Positions 1 through 10,073 of a DNA stretch of 64,000 nucleotides are shown here, piece after piece (position 1 is the stretch's first letter; every line of letters begins with the position of its first letter). Source of the stretch: an uncultured bacterium (GTDB lineage: Bacteria > Fidelibacterota > Marinisomatia > SCGC-AAA003-L08 > GCA-002704045); contig CAYFPO010000003.1 of NCBI GenBank assembly GCA_964345035.1, forward strand, positions 73,329 to 137,328, written 5' to 3'. A program made the position numbers and the translations under genes. The notes under the pieces were generated by a model. That model saw only the letters and a list, made by a program, of their open reading frames with translations. It searched no databases and was not told the origin of the DNA.

Positions 1-578
1 ATCACTGCTTTGACGAGCGAGCAGAAATTATTAAAAAGTATACAGATAAACCTGTTATATTATTTCCCGGATCTTCCGACCAGATAAGCAAATATACTGA
101 CGCAATATTGTATATATCACTATTAAGTGGAAGAAATCCACAATACTTAATTGGTGAACATATACAATCTGCTCCTAAAATACATAGTTTAAATTTAGAA
201 GTTATCCCCACAGGATATCTTTTATTGGATGGTGGTATTCCGACATCTGTGGCAATAATGAGTAAAACAATTCCATTACCAATGGATAAACACGATATCA
301 TTGCAGCGCATGCACTAGCAGGGCAATATCTAGGTATGAAATTGATATACCTTGAAGCCGGCAGTGGTGCAAAAAAACCGGTATCACCGGAATTGATAAA
401 ATATGTTACAAATCTGTTGGGAATTCCTGTCATAGTGGGTGGTGGAATAAATTCACCGGAATCAACCGAAAAAATAGTAAAGGCAGGAGCGGGATATATC
501 GTTATCGGCTCTGCCATTGAAAATGGACAAAAAAATGATAATTTAAAAATTATAAATCGGATAATACATGAGCACTAA
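1..578 (+). CDS. geranylgeranylglyceryl / heptaprenylglyceryl phosphate synthase family protein (GGGPS/PcrB); 5' end lies outside the window
   Basis: Frame 3 is open from base 3 to TAA 576-578 (HCFDERAEIIKKYTDKPVILFPGSSDQ... lies upstream of the listed Met at 108). It has the family's TIM-barrel phosphate-binding motifs (YLEAGSGA ... PVIVGGGINSPE). The 171-aa ORF on the opposite strand is a shadow ORF. Confidence 0.8.
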   Translation, partial: HCFDERAEIIKKYTDKPVILFPGSSDQISKYTDAILYISLLSGRNPQYLIGEHIQSAPKIHSLNLEVIPTGYLLLDGGIPTSVAIMSKTIPLPMDKHDIIAAHALAGQYLGMKLIYLEAGSGAKKPVSPELIKYVTNLLGIPVIVGGGINSPESTEKIVKAGAGYIVIGSAIENGQKNDNLKIINRIIHEH

Positions 579-1533
579 AAATAATTCAAATAAAAACAAT
601 GTGAATGAAAATTTACTGGATCAATATGCAAAAAAATATCTTGTATTTTTACAATTTGAAAAACGACTTTCAAAAAATACTATTGAAGCATATTGGAATG
701 ATTTAAAAAGATATATTAATTATTTAAATGATTATTTTAAAATACGTAAACCAAATAAAATTAGAATTAAACATATACGTGAATTCGCTAATTTATTAAA
801 TACAACACCCATTTTAAGATCAGGCAATGCAGGCGTGCAAGCAACTACATTACATCGTGCATTTTCATCTATTCGTGGTTTTCATAAGTATCTAATAAGT
901 GAAGGAATTACAGATTCAGACCCCACAATTTTCCTTGAATCACCGAACAGTGATAGAAAGCTGCCAATTATTCTCTCTGTGGAAGAAATTGACCAGATAA
1001 TTCAAGCGGTAAATCCTGAGAGCAAGTCATGTTTAAGGGATAAAGCTTTAATTTCATTAATGTATGCAACAGGTTTAAGAGTTAGTGAGGTTGTCAATCT
1101 AAAATTGACAAATATTCTTTGGGATGAACAGATAGTCAGAATAATTGGAAAAGGTGGAAAAGAACGAGTTGTACCAATTGGAATGAGATCATTTCAGCTA
1201 CTGAAGAAATATGTAGATTTGGACAGACCACGACTAGCAAGAAAGGGAGATAGTCAAAGTTATTTATTTTTGAATAATAGAGGCAGACCGACAACACGGA
1301 TGACAATTTGGAATATATTAAATAAACATTTAAAAATGGCTGGAATAGATAAAAATATCAGCCCACACACCCTAAGGCATAGTTTTGCAACGCATCTTGT
1401 TGAAGGAGGCGCAGATTTACGCGCTGTACAGGAAATGCTAGGGCATGCAGATATTTCAACAACCCAAATTTATACACATCTTGATTCAACATATTTGAAG
1501 GAAGTTCACAAGCAGTATCACCCAAGAGCCTAA
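568..1533 (+). CDS. xerD: site-specific tyrosine recombinase XerD/XerC
   Basis: 321 aa. Catalytic C-terminus HTLRHSFATHLVEGGADLRAVQEMLGHADISTTQIYTHL (R..HxxR..Y signature), plus an N-terminal core-binding domain. Overlaps the upstream gene by 11 nt. Confidence 0.85.
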   Translation: MSTKNNSNKNNVNENLLDQYAKKYLVFLQFEKRLSKNTIEAYWNDLKRYINYLNDYFKIRKPNKIRIKHIREFANLLNTTPILRSGNAGVQATTLHRAFSSIRGFHKYLISEGITDSDPTIFLESPNSDRKLPIILSVEEIDQIIQAVNPESKSCLRDKALISLMYATGLRVSEVVNLKLTNILWDEQIVRIIGKGGKERVVPIGMRSFQLLKKYVDLDRPRLARKGDSQSYLFLNNRGRPTTRMTIWNILNKHLKMAGIDKNISPHTLRHSFATHLVEGGADLRAVQEMLGHADISTTQIYTHLDSTYLKEVHKQYHPRA

Positions 1534-2180
1534 TGCTTTTTCGACTACCAGCTCAAGTATTGATACTTCTGATTCCTGTTCTTCTCTTTTCTCTATGTTT
1601 CCATGAATTTTCACACGCCTATTCAGCCTATAAATTGGGTGATAAAACAGCATATCGAATGGGGAGATTAACACTTCATCCTCTTGCACATATAGATCCT
1701 ATGGGTGCAATTATGATTTTATTTGTTGGGTTTGGATGGGCAAAACCGGTCCCAGTTAATCCATATAATTTGAGAAATCCGAGAACAGATATGATGATTA
1801 TTGCAGGTGCAGGACCAGCTTCAAATCTTGTTTTAGCTTTTATTGGCGGTATGTGTATAAGGTTAATCCCCTTTCTCGGTGGGTATTTAAATTTTATAAC
1901 AGGTGATACCATACTCCAATTATTATATTTTTTCACATATATTAATACCGCTTTGGCAATATTCAATCTAATACCTATTCCACCATTAGACGGGTCTCAA
2001 ATATTTTCGGGAATTTTGATTAAAAATAATCCCGATTTCGTACAAAAATTACAATTTTATGGACCACGTGTTCTGTTTGGTATTTTAATTTTAGGTTACA
2101 TTACTGGCGTTCATTTAATCTCCATGATAATGAGTCCATTTATATCCGTTTTTATGTTTTTGTTTGCAGGAATAGGATAA
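1533..2180 (+). CDS. site-2 protease family (peptidase M50) membrane metalloprotease
   Basis: 215 aa, multi-TM. HEFSHAY (HExxH) lies within a TM helix and there is a downstream PPLDGSQ motif. Confidence 0.8.
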   Translation: MLFRLPAQVLILLIPVLLFSLCFHEFSHAYSAYKLGDKTAYRMGRLTLHPLAHIDPMGAIMILFVGFGWAKPVPVNPYNLRNPRTDMMIIAGAGPASNLVLAFIGGMCIRLIPFLGGYLNFITGDTILQLLYFFTYINTALAIFNLIPIPPLDGSQIFSGILIKNNPDFVQKLQFYGPRVLFGILILGYITGVHLISMIMSPFISVFMFLFAGIG

Positions 2181-2316
2181 TTGCTACAATTCAAACATCT
2201 TCTTGATGAATCCTGGAAAAAGAGAAGTTCTCTATTTAAAATTTTACAATATATCATTTTACTTTTTTTAATAATTATTTTATTCTCTTATTTAATTAAT
2301 TTCAGGTGAAATCTAA

Positions 2317-3984
2317 ATGAAAATTATTGAATGTGTACCTAATTTCAGTGATGGGATCAATCACGATAAAATTAAATTAATTACTGATTCCATTACTGCA
2401 ATATCTGGGGTCAATTTACTTGATGTTGACCCAGGACCAGATACAAACAGAACCGTTGTAACCTTTGTAGGTGATTCTGATCATGTTCTTGAAGCTGCAT
2501 TTTGTGCTATTAAAACAGCATCAGAAGTGATAGATATGAGAAATCATACTGGTACTCATGCAAGGATGGGAGCCACAGATGTTTGTCCTTTTGTTCCTGT
2601 GAGTGGGGTTTCCATGGAGGAATGTATTGAATTATCAAAAATGCTTGCCAAACAGGTAGGTGAAGAATTAAAAATTCCCGTTTTTTTATATGAACAATCT
2701 GCATCAAACCATGAGCGCCAGAATCTATCCTTTATACGTCAGGGAGAGTTCGAAGGGATGCCGGAAAAATTAAAAGATTTGAACTGGAAACCTGATTTTG
2801 GTCCTTCTACTTGTCATAAAACCGCTGGTGTCACTGCAATAGGTGCACGTCAATTTCTAATAGCATATAATATTAATTTAAATACAGTTGACAGAAAAAT
2901 AGCATCCGATATCGCATTAGATATCAGAGAAGCAGGACGTGCAAAAAGAGATATCAACGGTAAAATTGTACGAGATAAATCAGATAAAATTATAAAGGTT
3001 CCAGGTACCTTAAAGTCCACCAAAGCTGTTGGTTGGTTTTTGGATGAATACAATATTGCTCAGGTTTCTATCAATTTAGTTGATTATACAGTTACATCTA
3101 TTCATACTGCATTTGAGGAGGTCAGAATCCAAGCTAGAAAAAGAGGAGTAAGAGTCACAGGAAGTGAACTGGTAGGGTTAATCCCTAAAGAAGCTATGTT
3201 AAATGCAGGGATATTTTACCTAAAAAATCAAAAACGATCCATCGGTATCCCAGAAAAAGACATAATTCATATTGCAGTGAAATCATTAGGATTGGATGAC
3301 ATAGAAGAATTTGACCCAAATAAAAAGATTATAGAGTATCTTGTCACCGAAAAATATGGAGATCTTGCATCCTCAAAAATCCATGAATTCATCGATGAAC
3401 TTTCTACTGAAAGTCCCGCACCGGGTGGTGGAAGTGTATCTGCGCTTGCTGGAGCTTTAGCAAGCGGATTAACAGCAATGGTTGCCAATCTCACAACAGG
3501 TAAAAAAGGATTTGAAAAGAGTTGGGTAAAAATGGAATATATTGCTTCTGAAGCCCAAAATATTAAGGATACCTTGATTAATCTCATTGATGCAGATACA
3601 AATGCATTTGATAATTTAATGGATGCTTTCAGATTGCCTAAAAAAACTGAATCCCAAAAAGCCTATAGAAATACATCGATCCAAAAAGCAACGAAATCTG
3701 CTACTGAAGTTCCTTTTAATATATTGCTCCAATGTATAACTTCTATGAAATTGGCTATTCAAGTTGCTGAGGAAGGGAATCCAAATTCCATATCTGATGC
3801 CGGTGTAGCCGGGGAAATGGCTACTGCCGGAGGGCGGGGTGCAGCCATGAATGTTAAGATTAATCTACAATCAATTGAAGATAGAAAATTTGTAACATCA
3901 AAATTAAAATCTGTGAATAAAAGATTATCAGAACTTGAAGATTTATATTTAAAAATAAACAAGATTATCACTAAAATGTTATGA
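2317..3984 (+). CDS. ftcD: bifunctional glutamate formimidoyltransferase / formimidoyl-THF cyclodeaminase
   Basis: 555 aa. The N-terminus MKIIECVPNFSDG is typical of formiminotransferase. The C-terminal cyclodeaminase domain has the PAPGGGSVSALAGALASGL motif. Confidence 0.85.
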   Translation: MKIIECVPNFSDGINHDKIKLITDSITAISGVNLLDVDPGPDTNRTVVTFVGDSDHVLEAAFCAIKTASEVIDMRNHTGTHARMGATDVCPFVPVSGVSMEECIELSKMLAKQVGEELKIPVFLYEQSASNHERQNLSFIRQGEFEGMPEKLKDLNWKPDFGPSTCHKTAGVTAIGARQFLIAYNINLNTVDRKIASDIALDIREAGRAKRDINGKIVRDKSDKIIKVPGTLKSTKAVGWFLDEYNIAQVSINLVDYTVTSIHTAFEEVRIQARKRGVRVTGSELVGLIPKEAMLNAGIFYLKNQKRSIGIPEKDIIHIAVKSLGLDDIEEFDPNKKIIEYLVTEKYGDLASSKIHEFIDELSTESPAPGGGSVSALAGALASGLTAMVANLTTGKKGFEKSWVKMEYIASEAQNIKDTLINLIDADTNAFDNLMDAFRLPKKTESQKAYRNTSIQKATKSATEVPFNILLQCITSMKLAIQVAEEGNPNSISDAGVAGEMATAGGRGAAMNVKINLQSIEDRKFVTSKLKSVNKRLSELEDLYLKINKIITKML

Positions 3985-5750
3985 ACGATATAAAAGTATT
4001 ACCATCAAATCTGATAGACCAAATAGCTGCAGGAGAAGTTATTGAAAGACCTGCTTCTGCAGTTAAAGAATTGGTGGAAAATTCAATTGATGCCGGTGCA
4101 ACACAAATTGATATTAAAATCGATAATGGTGGAAAATCATTGATTTATGTTTCTGACAATGGTTGTGGAATGAATAAAGATAATTTACAATTAAGTTTTA
4201 GACGTCACGCAACCAGCAAATTACATACATCTGAAGAATTAATGAAATTGACCACACTGGGATTTAGAGGTGAAGCTCTGCCAAGTATTGCTTCAGTTTC
4301 CAAAATTCAAGCTAAATCCAATACAGATAAAAATGGTAATGGGTATGAGATTAAAATATTTGGAGGTAAAACAGAAAATATAATACCAACTGCCTGTGCT
4401 GGAGGAACTGCAATTTCAATTAACAATTTATTTTTTAACACTCCTGCAAGAAAGAAATTTTTAAAGAGTACTAATACGGAATTCAGAAATGTCACAAATA
4501 TTATTAGAAGATATATGCTGTCAAATCCGGAAATTGGATTTTCTTTTCAATCGAATGATAAAATTATATATAATGTAAAATCATCAAATTTAATTGATAG
4601 AATAGTAAATATATTTGGAAAGTCTATGCATTCATCCTTAATTCCAATAAATTTTAAAAAAAATCAATATTCTGTAAGGGGCTTCGTAGGAAATTTAAGT
4701 ATTGTTAAAAAACGTCCCGGAGCTCAATATCTTTATATTAATGGTAGATTTGTTCAGGATAGATTGGTAAAATCAGGGATACACAGTGCTTACCACAGTC
4801 TATTATCCAGAGGCGAATATCCATTTTATGTAATTAATATTAATATACCAACAGAAAATGTAGATTTTAATGTCCATCCAGCAAAATTAGAGGTTCGTTT
4901 TCAAGATGAATGGCGAGTTTATCATGTTGCGAAAACAGCAGTTGCAACAGAATTGCAAGATGTTCTTAATGTGAGTCCTACTTTTGATAAACAATTTGAA
5001 AATCAAACCAACTATAACAAACCATTTCAACCAGCTAACTCATTACAGAAATCAAATGTTGTAATTCAACCTGCACCAATACAAAAAACAAATGGGAACA
5101 ACCAGTTTGAAAACGATCATTTCGATCGAGCAAAAAAGAATTTAGATTCAATGTTCTCTAATGATACAAATGAATTGTTTCATAGTCCTGGAGCAATCTG
5201 GCAGATATTGAAAAGATACATTATTACTGAAATAAAAGAAGGGTTATTACTTGTAGATCAGCATGTAGCACATGAACGAATACTTTTTGAAGAGGCATTA
5301 AATGCTATAAATGGTAATGGTTTGCCTTCACAAACATTGATATTTCCTCAAACTGTTTCTTTTCAACCGGATGATTTCAATAAATTAATTGATTTAACCA
5401 TTTATCTGGAGAAAATTGGATTTAAAATAAGGGAATTTGGAGAAAATACAATAATTGTTGAAGGTGTTCCTCCGAATGTGGAATGGGGAAAAGAATCTAA
5501 TATCATCCAGGAAATAATTGATCAGTTTATTGAAACAAAAAATAATGATTCTTCTTTTATTCAATATTTGGCTGCATCATATGCGTGCAAAGCAGCAATA
5601 AAATCAGGAGATTCATTAAATAATGAAGAAATGGTATCACTTATTAATAAGCTATTTTCTACGGAAAATCCGTATTATTGTCCACACGGCCGTCCAATAA
5701 TCATAAAACTCACCGAAGAAGAATTGGATAAGAGATTTGAAAGGATATAA
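3981..5750 (+). CDS. mutL: DNA mismatch repair protein MutL
   Basis: 589 aa. GHKL ATPase motifs (IAAGEVIERPASAVKELVENSIDAG, DNGCGM, LGFRGEAL) and a C-terminal dimerisation domain. ATGA start/stop overlap with ftcD. Confidence 0.95.
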   Translation: MNDIKVLPSNLIDQIAAGEVIERPASAVKELVENSIDAGATQIDIKIDNGGKSLIYVSDNGCGMNKDNLQLSFRRHATSKLHTSEELMKLTTLGFRGEALPSIASVSKIQAKSNTDKNGNGYEIKIFGGKTENIIPTACAGGTAISINNLFFNTPARKKFLKSTNTEFRNVTNIIRRYMLSNPEIGFSFQSNDKIIYNVKSSNLIDRIVNIFGKSMHSSLIPINFKKNQYSVRGFVGNLSIVKKRPGAQYLYINGRFVQDRLVKSGIHSAYHSLLSRGEYPFYVININIPTENVDFNVHPAKLEVRFQDEWRVYHVAKTAVATELQDVLNVSPTFDKQFENQTNYNKPFQPANSLQKSNVVIQPAPIQKTNGNNQFENDHFDRAKKNLDSMFSNDTNELFHSPGAIWQILKRYIITEIKEGLLLVDQHVAHERILFEEALNAINGNGLPSQTLIFPQTVSFQPDDFNKLIDLTIYLEKIGFKIREFGENTIIVEGVPPNVEWGKESNIIQEIIDQFIETKNNDSSFIQYLAASYACKAAIKSGDSLNNEEMVSLINKLFSTENPYYCPHGRPIIIKLTEEELDKRFERI

Positions 5751-6350
5751 ATGATAAAGGATTTTAAAAAAAATATAATTACAGGTGTGCTTGCAATACT
5801 GCCGGCAGCTCTGACCTGGATAATTTTAGTAAAATTATTCGGATTCTTTTCCAATCCAGGATCAAAAATTGTTAAAACTATTTTTGGAGAAAATACACCC
5901 AAATATGTTTCAGATTTTACTGGTTTTATATTAACACTTTTATTTATTTATTTTCTTGGGTTACTTGTAACTAATATTTTTGGTAAAAAATTGGTTAATT
6001 GGTTTGATACATTTATTTCAAAGATTCCAGTTGCAAAAACAATATATAGAACTATTAAACAAATCACTACATCTATTGCAGCTCCAAACAAAAATGCATT
6101 TCAAAAAGTAGTGTTAGTGGAATATCCCAGAAAAGGATTGTGGACAATTACAATGGTAACAGGAAATTCCATGGACAAAGATGGTAATAAATATTACCAT
6201 ATTTTTGTACCGACTACACCTAATCCAACTTCCGGTTTTATGTTAATAATACCTGTAGATGATGTCCGAGAATCTAAATTATCAGTAGAAGAAGGGCTGA
6301 AATCCATTATTTCAGGCGGGATGATTACCCCGGAAATTAATGATTTATAA
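5751..6350 (+). CDS. DUF502 family membrane protein
   Basis: 199 aa with two N-terminal TM helices and the PTTPNPTSGF motif characteristic of DUF502. Confidence 0.7.
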   Translation: MIKDFKKNIITGVLAILPAALTWIILVKLFGFFSNPGSKIVKTIFGENTPKYVSDFTGFILTLLFIYFLGLLVTNIFGKKLVNWFDTFISKIPVAKTIYRTIKQITTSIAAPNKNAFQKVVLVEYPRKGLWTITMVTGNSMDKDGNKYYHIFVPTTPNPTSGFMLIIPVDDVRESKLSVEEGLKSIISGGMITPEINDL

Positions 6351-6361
6351 TTAAGATTATT

Positions 6362-7105
6362 ATGTCATTAAAAAATGAATATGTAAAAACCGGTAATTGG
6401 CTATTTAAGTATAGGGGTTCATTGCCGATTTTTATTTTAATTCCTGCGATTGTGTTTATAAATTTCAATTCTGAAAATTTCTTCTCTAATAATAGTCACT
6501 GGATTTATATATGTTTCTGTATTTCATTATTTGGTGAATTAATCAGAATATTAACAGTAGGATATGTACCAATAGGTACTTCGGGTAGAAATACAGCTGG
6601 TCAAAGCGCAAGATCATTGAACACTACCGGAATTTATTCAATGGTTAGACATCCATTGTATCTGGGAAACTATTTTATTTGGTTGGGAGTTGTCATTTTC
6701 TTCAATAATATTTGGCTAATAGCAATAATTAGTCTTATTTACTTTTTATACTATGAAAGAATTATGTTTGCAGAAGAGGAGTTTCTGATTAATAAATTTG
6801 GTGAAGAATATACAACTTGGGCGAATACTACACCAGCTATAGTTCCTGATTTTAAAGTTTATAGTTCACCTAATTCCAACTTTTCACTTCGCACAGTATT
6901 GTTGAGAGAATATACAGGAATTGGAGGAATTATTGTAATATTTGGATTATTAAATGGATTTCAATCTTACTGTATGAATGGAATATTTATTTTAGAGAAC
7001 AAATGGATTTTCTTATCCAGTATTGGTGTAATTATTTATTTTTTATTGAGGTCATTAAAGAAATATACAAATTATCTAAATACTGTTCGGCATAATACTA
7101 ACTAA
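6362..7105 (+). CDS. isoprenylcysteine carboxyl / phospholipid methyltransferase family membrane protein
   Basis: 247 aa, polytopic. TGIYSMVRHPLYLGNYFIWLG matches the ICMT/PEMT-type SAM-binding motif. Confidence 0.65.
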   Translation: MSLKNEYVKTGNWLFKYRGSLPIFILIPAIVFINFNSENFFSNNSHWIYICFCISLFGELIRILTVGYVPIGTSGRNTAGQSARSLNTTGIYSMVRHPLYLGNYFIWLGVVIFFNNIWLIAIISLIYFLYYERIMFAEEEFLINKFGEEYTTWANTTPAIVPDFKVYSSPNSNFSLRTVLLREYTGIGGIIVIFGLLNGFQSYCMNGIFILENKWIFLSSIGVIIYFLLRSLKKYTNYLNTVRHNTN

Positions 7106-8099
7106 CAATAGTTGCTGATTTTTTAATATTTTCGTTATAATTTTTTAACGCCCAATCCAATAACAACTTAATTTCATCAGTTGATTTAGTTCCCATAAAT
7201 TTCTTTCTTAATTCTGATGCACCGGTAAATCCTTTTAAATACCAACTAAAATGTTTTTTTGTATAGTTAATACACAATTGTTCCGATTTATCATCTAATA
7301 ATAATTTAAAATGTTTTTTACACATTTCGAGTTTTTCTTTAATTCCAACAAAATTATCGGGTTGATTTATTAAATAATTTTTGATCGATTGGATTAACCA
7401 TGGATTTCCTAAAACACCTCTCGCAACCATAACCGCATCACATCCGGTCGATTCAAACATATTTTTTGCGTCATCGACAGTAATTATATCACCATTACCG
7501 ATAACCGGAATTGAAACATTTTTCTTTAAATCACGAATTAAAGACCAATCTGCATTTCCTGTAAAGGACTGGCTTGTTGTTCTTGGATGAAGTGTAATTG
7601 CTTTAATTCCTAATTTTTCCAGCATTATACCTGCTTCTGTAGAAACTATGGTATTGTTATCCCACCCAGCTCTCATTTTAACTGTTACGGGTGTATTCCC
7701 TGCATTTTTAATTACTTCAGATGTTATATTTTGCATTAATTTTAAATCTCTTAATGCACCAGAACCTGCGCCCTTCTTTACAACCTTTGGAACAGGACAT
7801 CCAAAATTGATATCAATGATGTCAGGATTGAACATATTACACACCATTTTTGCTGACTTACCAACGATTATTGGATCGTTACCAAAAATTTGAACACCAA
7901 TCGGTCTTTCTGCGTCTGAAAATTTTATCATATTCAATGTTTTTTCATTTTCATGAATAATTCCATTGGAACTTACAAATTCAGTAAACACCATACCTGC
8001 ACCAAACTCTTTACAAATAATTCTGAATGATCTATCTGTTACTCCAGCCATAGGTGCAAGAATAATCGGAGTAGTTATTTGTATATTACCTATTTTCAT
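7098..8099 (-). CDS. dusB: tRNA dihydrouridine synthase
   Basis: MKIGNIQITTPIILAPMAGVTD..., an FMN TIM barrel and a C-terminal helical domain. The ORF is open to 8147, but the family N-terminus starts at ATG 8099. Confidence 0.9.
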   Translation of the reverse strand: MKIGNIQITTPIILAPMAGVTDRSFRIICKEFGAGMVFTEFVSSNGIIHENEKTLNMIKFSDAERPIGVQIFGNDPIIVGKSAKMVCNMFNPDIIDINFGCPVPKVVKKGAGSGALRDLKLMQNITSEVIKNAGNTPVTVKMRAGWDNNTIVSTEAGIMLEKLGIKAITLHPRTTSQSFTGNADWSLIRDLKKNVSIPVIGNGDIITVDDAKNMFESTGCDAVMVARGVLGNPWLIQSIKNYLINQPDNFVGIKEKLEMCKKHFKLLLDDKSEQLCINYTKKHFSWYLKGFTGASELRKKFMGTKSTDEIKLLLDWALKNYNENIKKSATIVS

Positions 8100-8199
8100 T
8101 CCATCTTTATAATTTAATATGTAACCAAATTTACACCAATCACACAACTTTAAATAACGTGAAACTTTTGTAATTTATTATACTAAATTGGAGGATTAA

Positions 8200-8529
8200 T
8201 TGGATATTTTATTTGGACAATCTGAATCTGCCGGAAGTGGAATTGCAATGTTTTTGCCAATGATACTCATTTTTGCTGTATTTTACTTCCTGATTTTCAG
8301 ACCACAAGCAAAACAAAGAAAACAACACGTAAAACTTTTAGAAAATTTAAAAAAAGGAGATAAGATTATCACTCGAGGCGGAGTATATGGTAAAATTGTT
8401 AATTTTCAAGGCAAAACAAATAATAAGGTAATCATCGATACGGGTAATAATAACAGATTGACTTTATCCCGTGCCTATATCGCAGGATTAGCAGATTCTT
8501 CGGCTGCAGAAAAGCCGGATGGGAATTAA
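8200..8529 (+). CDS. yajC: preprotein translocase subunit YajC
   Basis: 109 aa with a single TM helix then FRPQAKQRKQH...GDKIITRGGVYGKI. The start codon is TTG. Confidence 0.85.
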   Translation: MDILFGQSESAGSGIAMFLPMILIFAVFYFLIFRPQAKQRKQHVKLLENLKKGDKIITRGGVYGKIVNFQGKTNNKVIIDTGNNNRLTLSRAYIAGLADSSAAEKPDGN

Positions 8530-9065
8530 TGTCAATTTTAAAAATTGTAAAATATGGTGATCCCATTCTAAGAAATCAAGTAGTCAAAACAACAGTAAAA
8601 GATGTAAATGATGAATTATTCAATAACATGTTTGAAACAATGTATAATGAAAAAGGAATTGGGCTTGCTGCTAATCAAATTGGCAAAAGTATCAATTTGC
8701 TTATAACAGACACCAGTGGCTTTGATGAAGATTCTGATAATTATCCACCATCAATTTTTATAAATGCTGAAATTGTTCATACCGAAGGTAACTCTGTTAT
8801 GGAAGAGGGATGTTTAAGTATCCCGGAAATACGTGCTGAAATAAACCGCCCTGAAGTTATTACATTGAAATATCAAAATAAACAATTTAATGAAATGACG
8901 GAATCATTTACTGGAATCATGTCAAGAGTAATTCAACACGAAATAGATCACTTAAATGGTAAATATTTTATTGATTACCTACCTCCTGGAAAGCGATTAT
9001 TATTACAAAAAAGGTTAATGGAAATTTCCAAAACAGGAGCTCCCACTACTGGAATTGTTTTGTAG
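8529..9065 (+). CDS. def: peptide deformylase
   Basis: GIGLAANQIG, EGCLSIP and HEIDHLNG motifs. Confidence 0.95.
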   Translation: MSILKIVKYGDPILRNQVVKTTVKDVNDELFNNMFETMYNEKGIGLAANQIGKSINLLITDTSGFDEDSDNYPPSIFINAEIVHTEGNSVMEEGCLSIPEIRAEINRPEVITLKYQNKQFNEMTESFTGIMSRVIQHEIDHLNGKYFIDYLPPGKRLLLQKRLMEISKTGAPTTGIVL

Positions 9066-9107
9066 TGTAAAAGAATAATTAATTATTAAAATAGGAAGTA
9101 ATCTGTT

Positions 9108-10073
9108 ATGCGTGTAGTTTTTATGGGATCCTCCGTGTTTGCGGAACCATCTTTACGGTCAATTCACGCATCATCACATCAAATTGTATCTGTTGTAACT
9201 CATGCAGATAAAACTGCCGGAAGGGGTAAAAAATTACAACCATCTTATATCAAATCAATTTCATATGAATTTGGATATCCTGTTTTACAACCTGTTTTAT
9301 TAAAAGATGAACAATTTATCCGGAATCTAAAGGATTGTTTTTCCGACATATTTGTTGTGGTAGCATTTAGAAAATTGCCGGATATTTTACTGGACATTCC
9401 TAAATTAGGATGCATCAATCTTCACCCGTCATTATTACCAAAATACAGAGGAGCAGCACCAATACATCATTCAATTTTAAATGGTGATAAAAAAACAGGA
9501 ATCACTGTAATTAAAATATCATCTCAACTTGATTCCGGGGATATATTATTTCAAAAAGAATATACAATAATTGACAATGAAAATACAGGTGAATTATCAA
9601 ATAGACTATCTGATTATGGTTCTAAACATCTTGTTGAAACTCTCAATTTAATTGAAGAAAAAAACGAAATTACAGGTGTTAAACAGGATGAATCAATTGT
9701 ATCATTAGCACCTAAAATCCATAAAAATGACTACATGGTAAGCTGGACCGATGATGCAATTAACATACATAATAAAATTCGAGCTCTCGCACCAAAACCG
9801 GGTGCATTTTCTATGTATGGTAAAAAGAGGATGAAACTTATAAAATCTGAAGTGATATTAACTAATATTGATTTTATACAATCTGACGATATTTTGAGAG
9901 AACATTTGTTGAATCTTCATCCTGGGCAGATATTAATGACAAAAAATAAGATATTTACAGGAACGGGGAACGGCATACTTTCTATTTTAGAAATTCAACC
10001 AGAAGGTAAACGTGTAATGAAAAATTCAGAATTTATTTCAGGTTATTATGAAAAAACATCGAATTTCGATTGA
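9108..10073 (+). CDS. fmt: methionyl-tRNA formyltransferase
   Basis: 321 aa. Formyltransferase N-domain (INLHPSLLPKYRGAAPI) plus a C-terminal OB-like domain. Follows def. Confidence 0.95.
   Translation: MRVVFMGSSVFAEPSLRSIHASSHQIVSVVTHADKTAGRGKKLQPSYIKSISYEFGYPVLQPVLLKDEQFIRNLKDCFSDIFVVVAFRKLPDILLDIPKLGCINLHPSLLPKYRGAAPIHHSILNGDKKTGITVIKISSQLDSGDILFQKEYTIIDNENTGELSNRLSDYGSKHLVETLNLIEEKNEITGVKQDESIVSLAPKIHKNDYMVSWTDDAINIHNKIRALAPKPGAFSMYGKKRMKLIKSEVILTNIDFIQSDDILREHLLNLHPGQILMTKNKIFTGTGNGILSILEIQPEGKRVMKNSEFISGYYEKTSNFD

Noticed and set aside
2-517. 171-aa ORF on the minus strand at the left edge
   Set aside because: It is exactly antisense to the GGGPS/PcrB-family gene, whose translation has clear family motifs. 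The minus-strand product is low-complexity and hydrophobic with no motifs, so it is a shadow ORF.
568-1533. Tyrosine recombinase as a possible marker of an integrated mobile element
   Set aside because: The sequence is a canonical XerC/D-type chromosome-dimer resolvase embedded in housekeeping genes. No flanking direct repeats, tRNA-adjacent att site or cargo genes are present.
2198-2240. Short palindrome AGAGAA-G-TTCTCT followed by AT-rich sequence after the M50 protease gene, considered as a terminator
   Set aside because: The loop is too small for a stable hairpin and the downstream tract is not a clean U-run, so the evidence is too weak to annotate.
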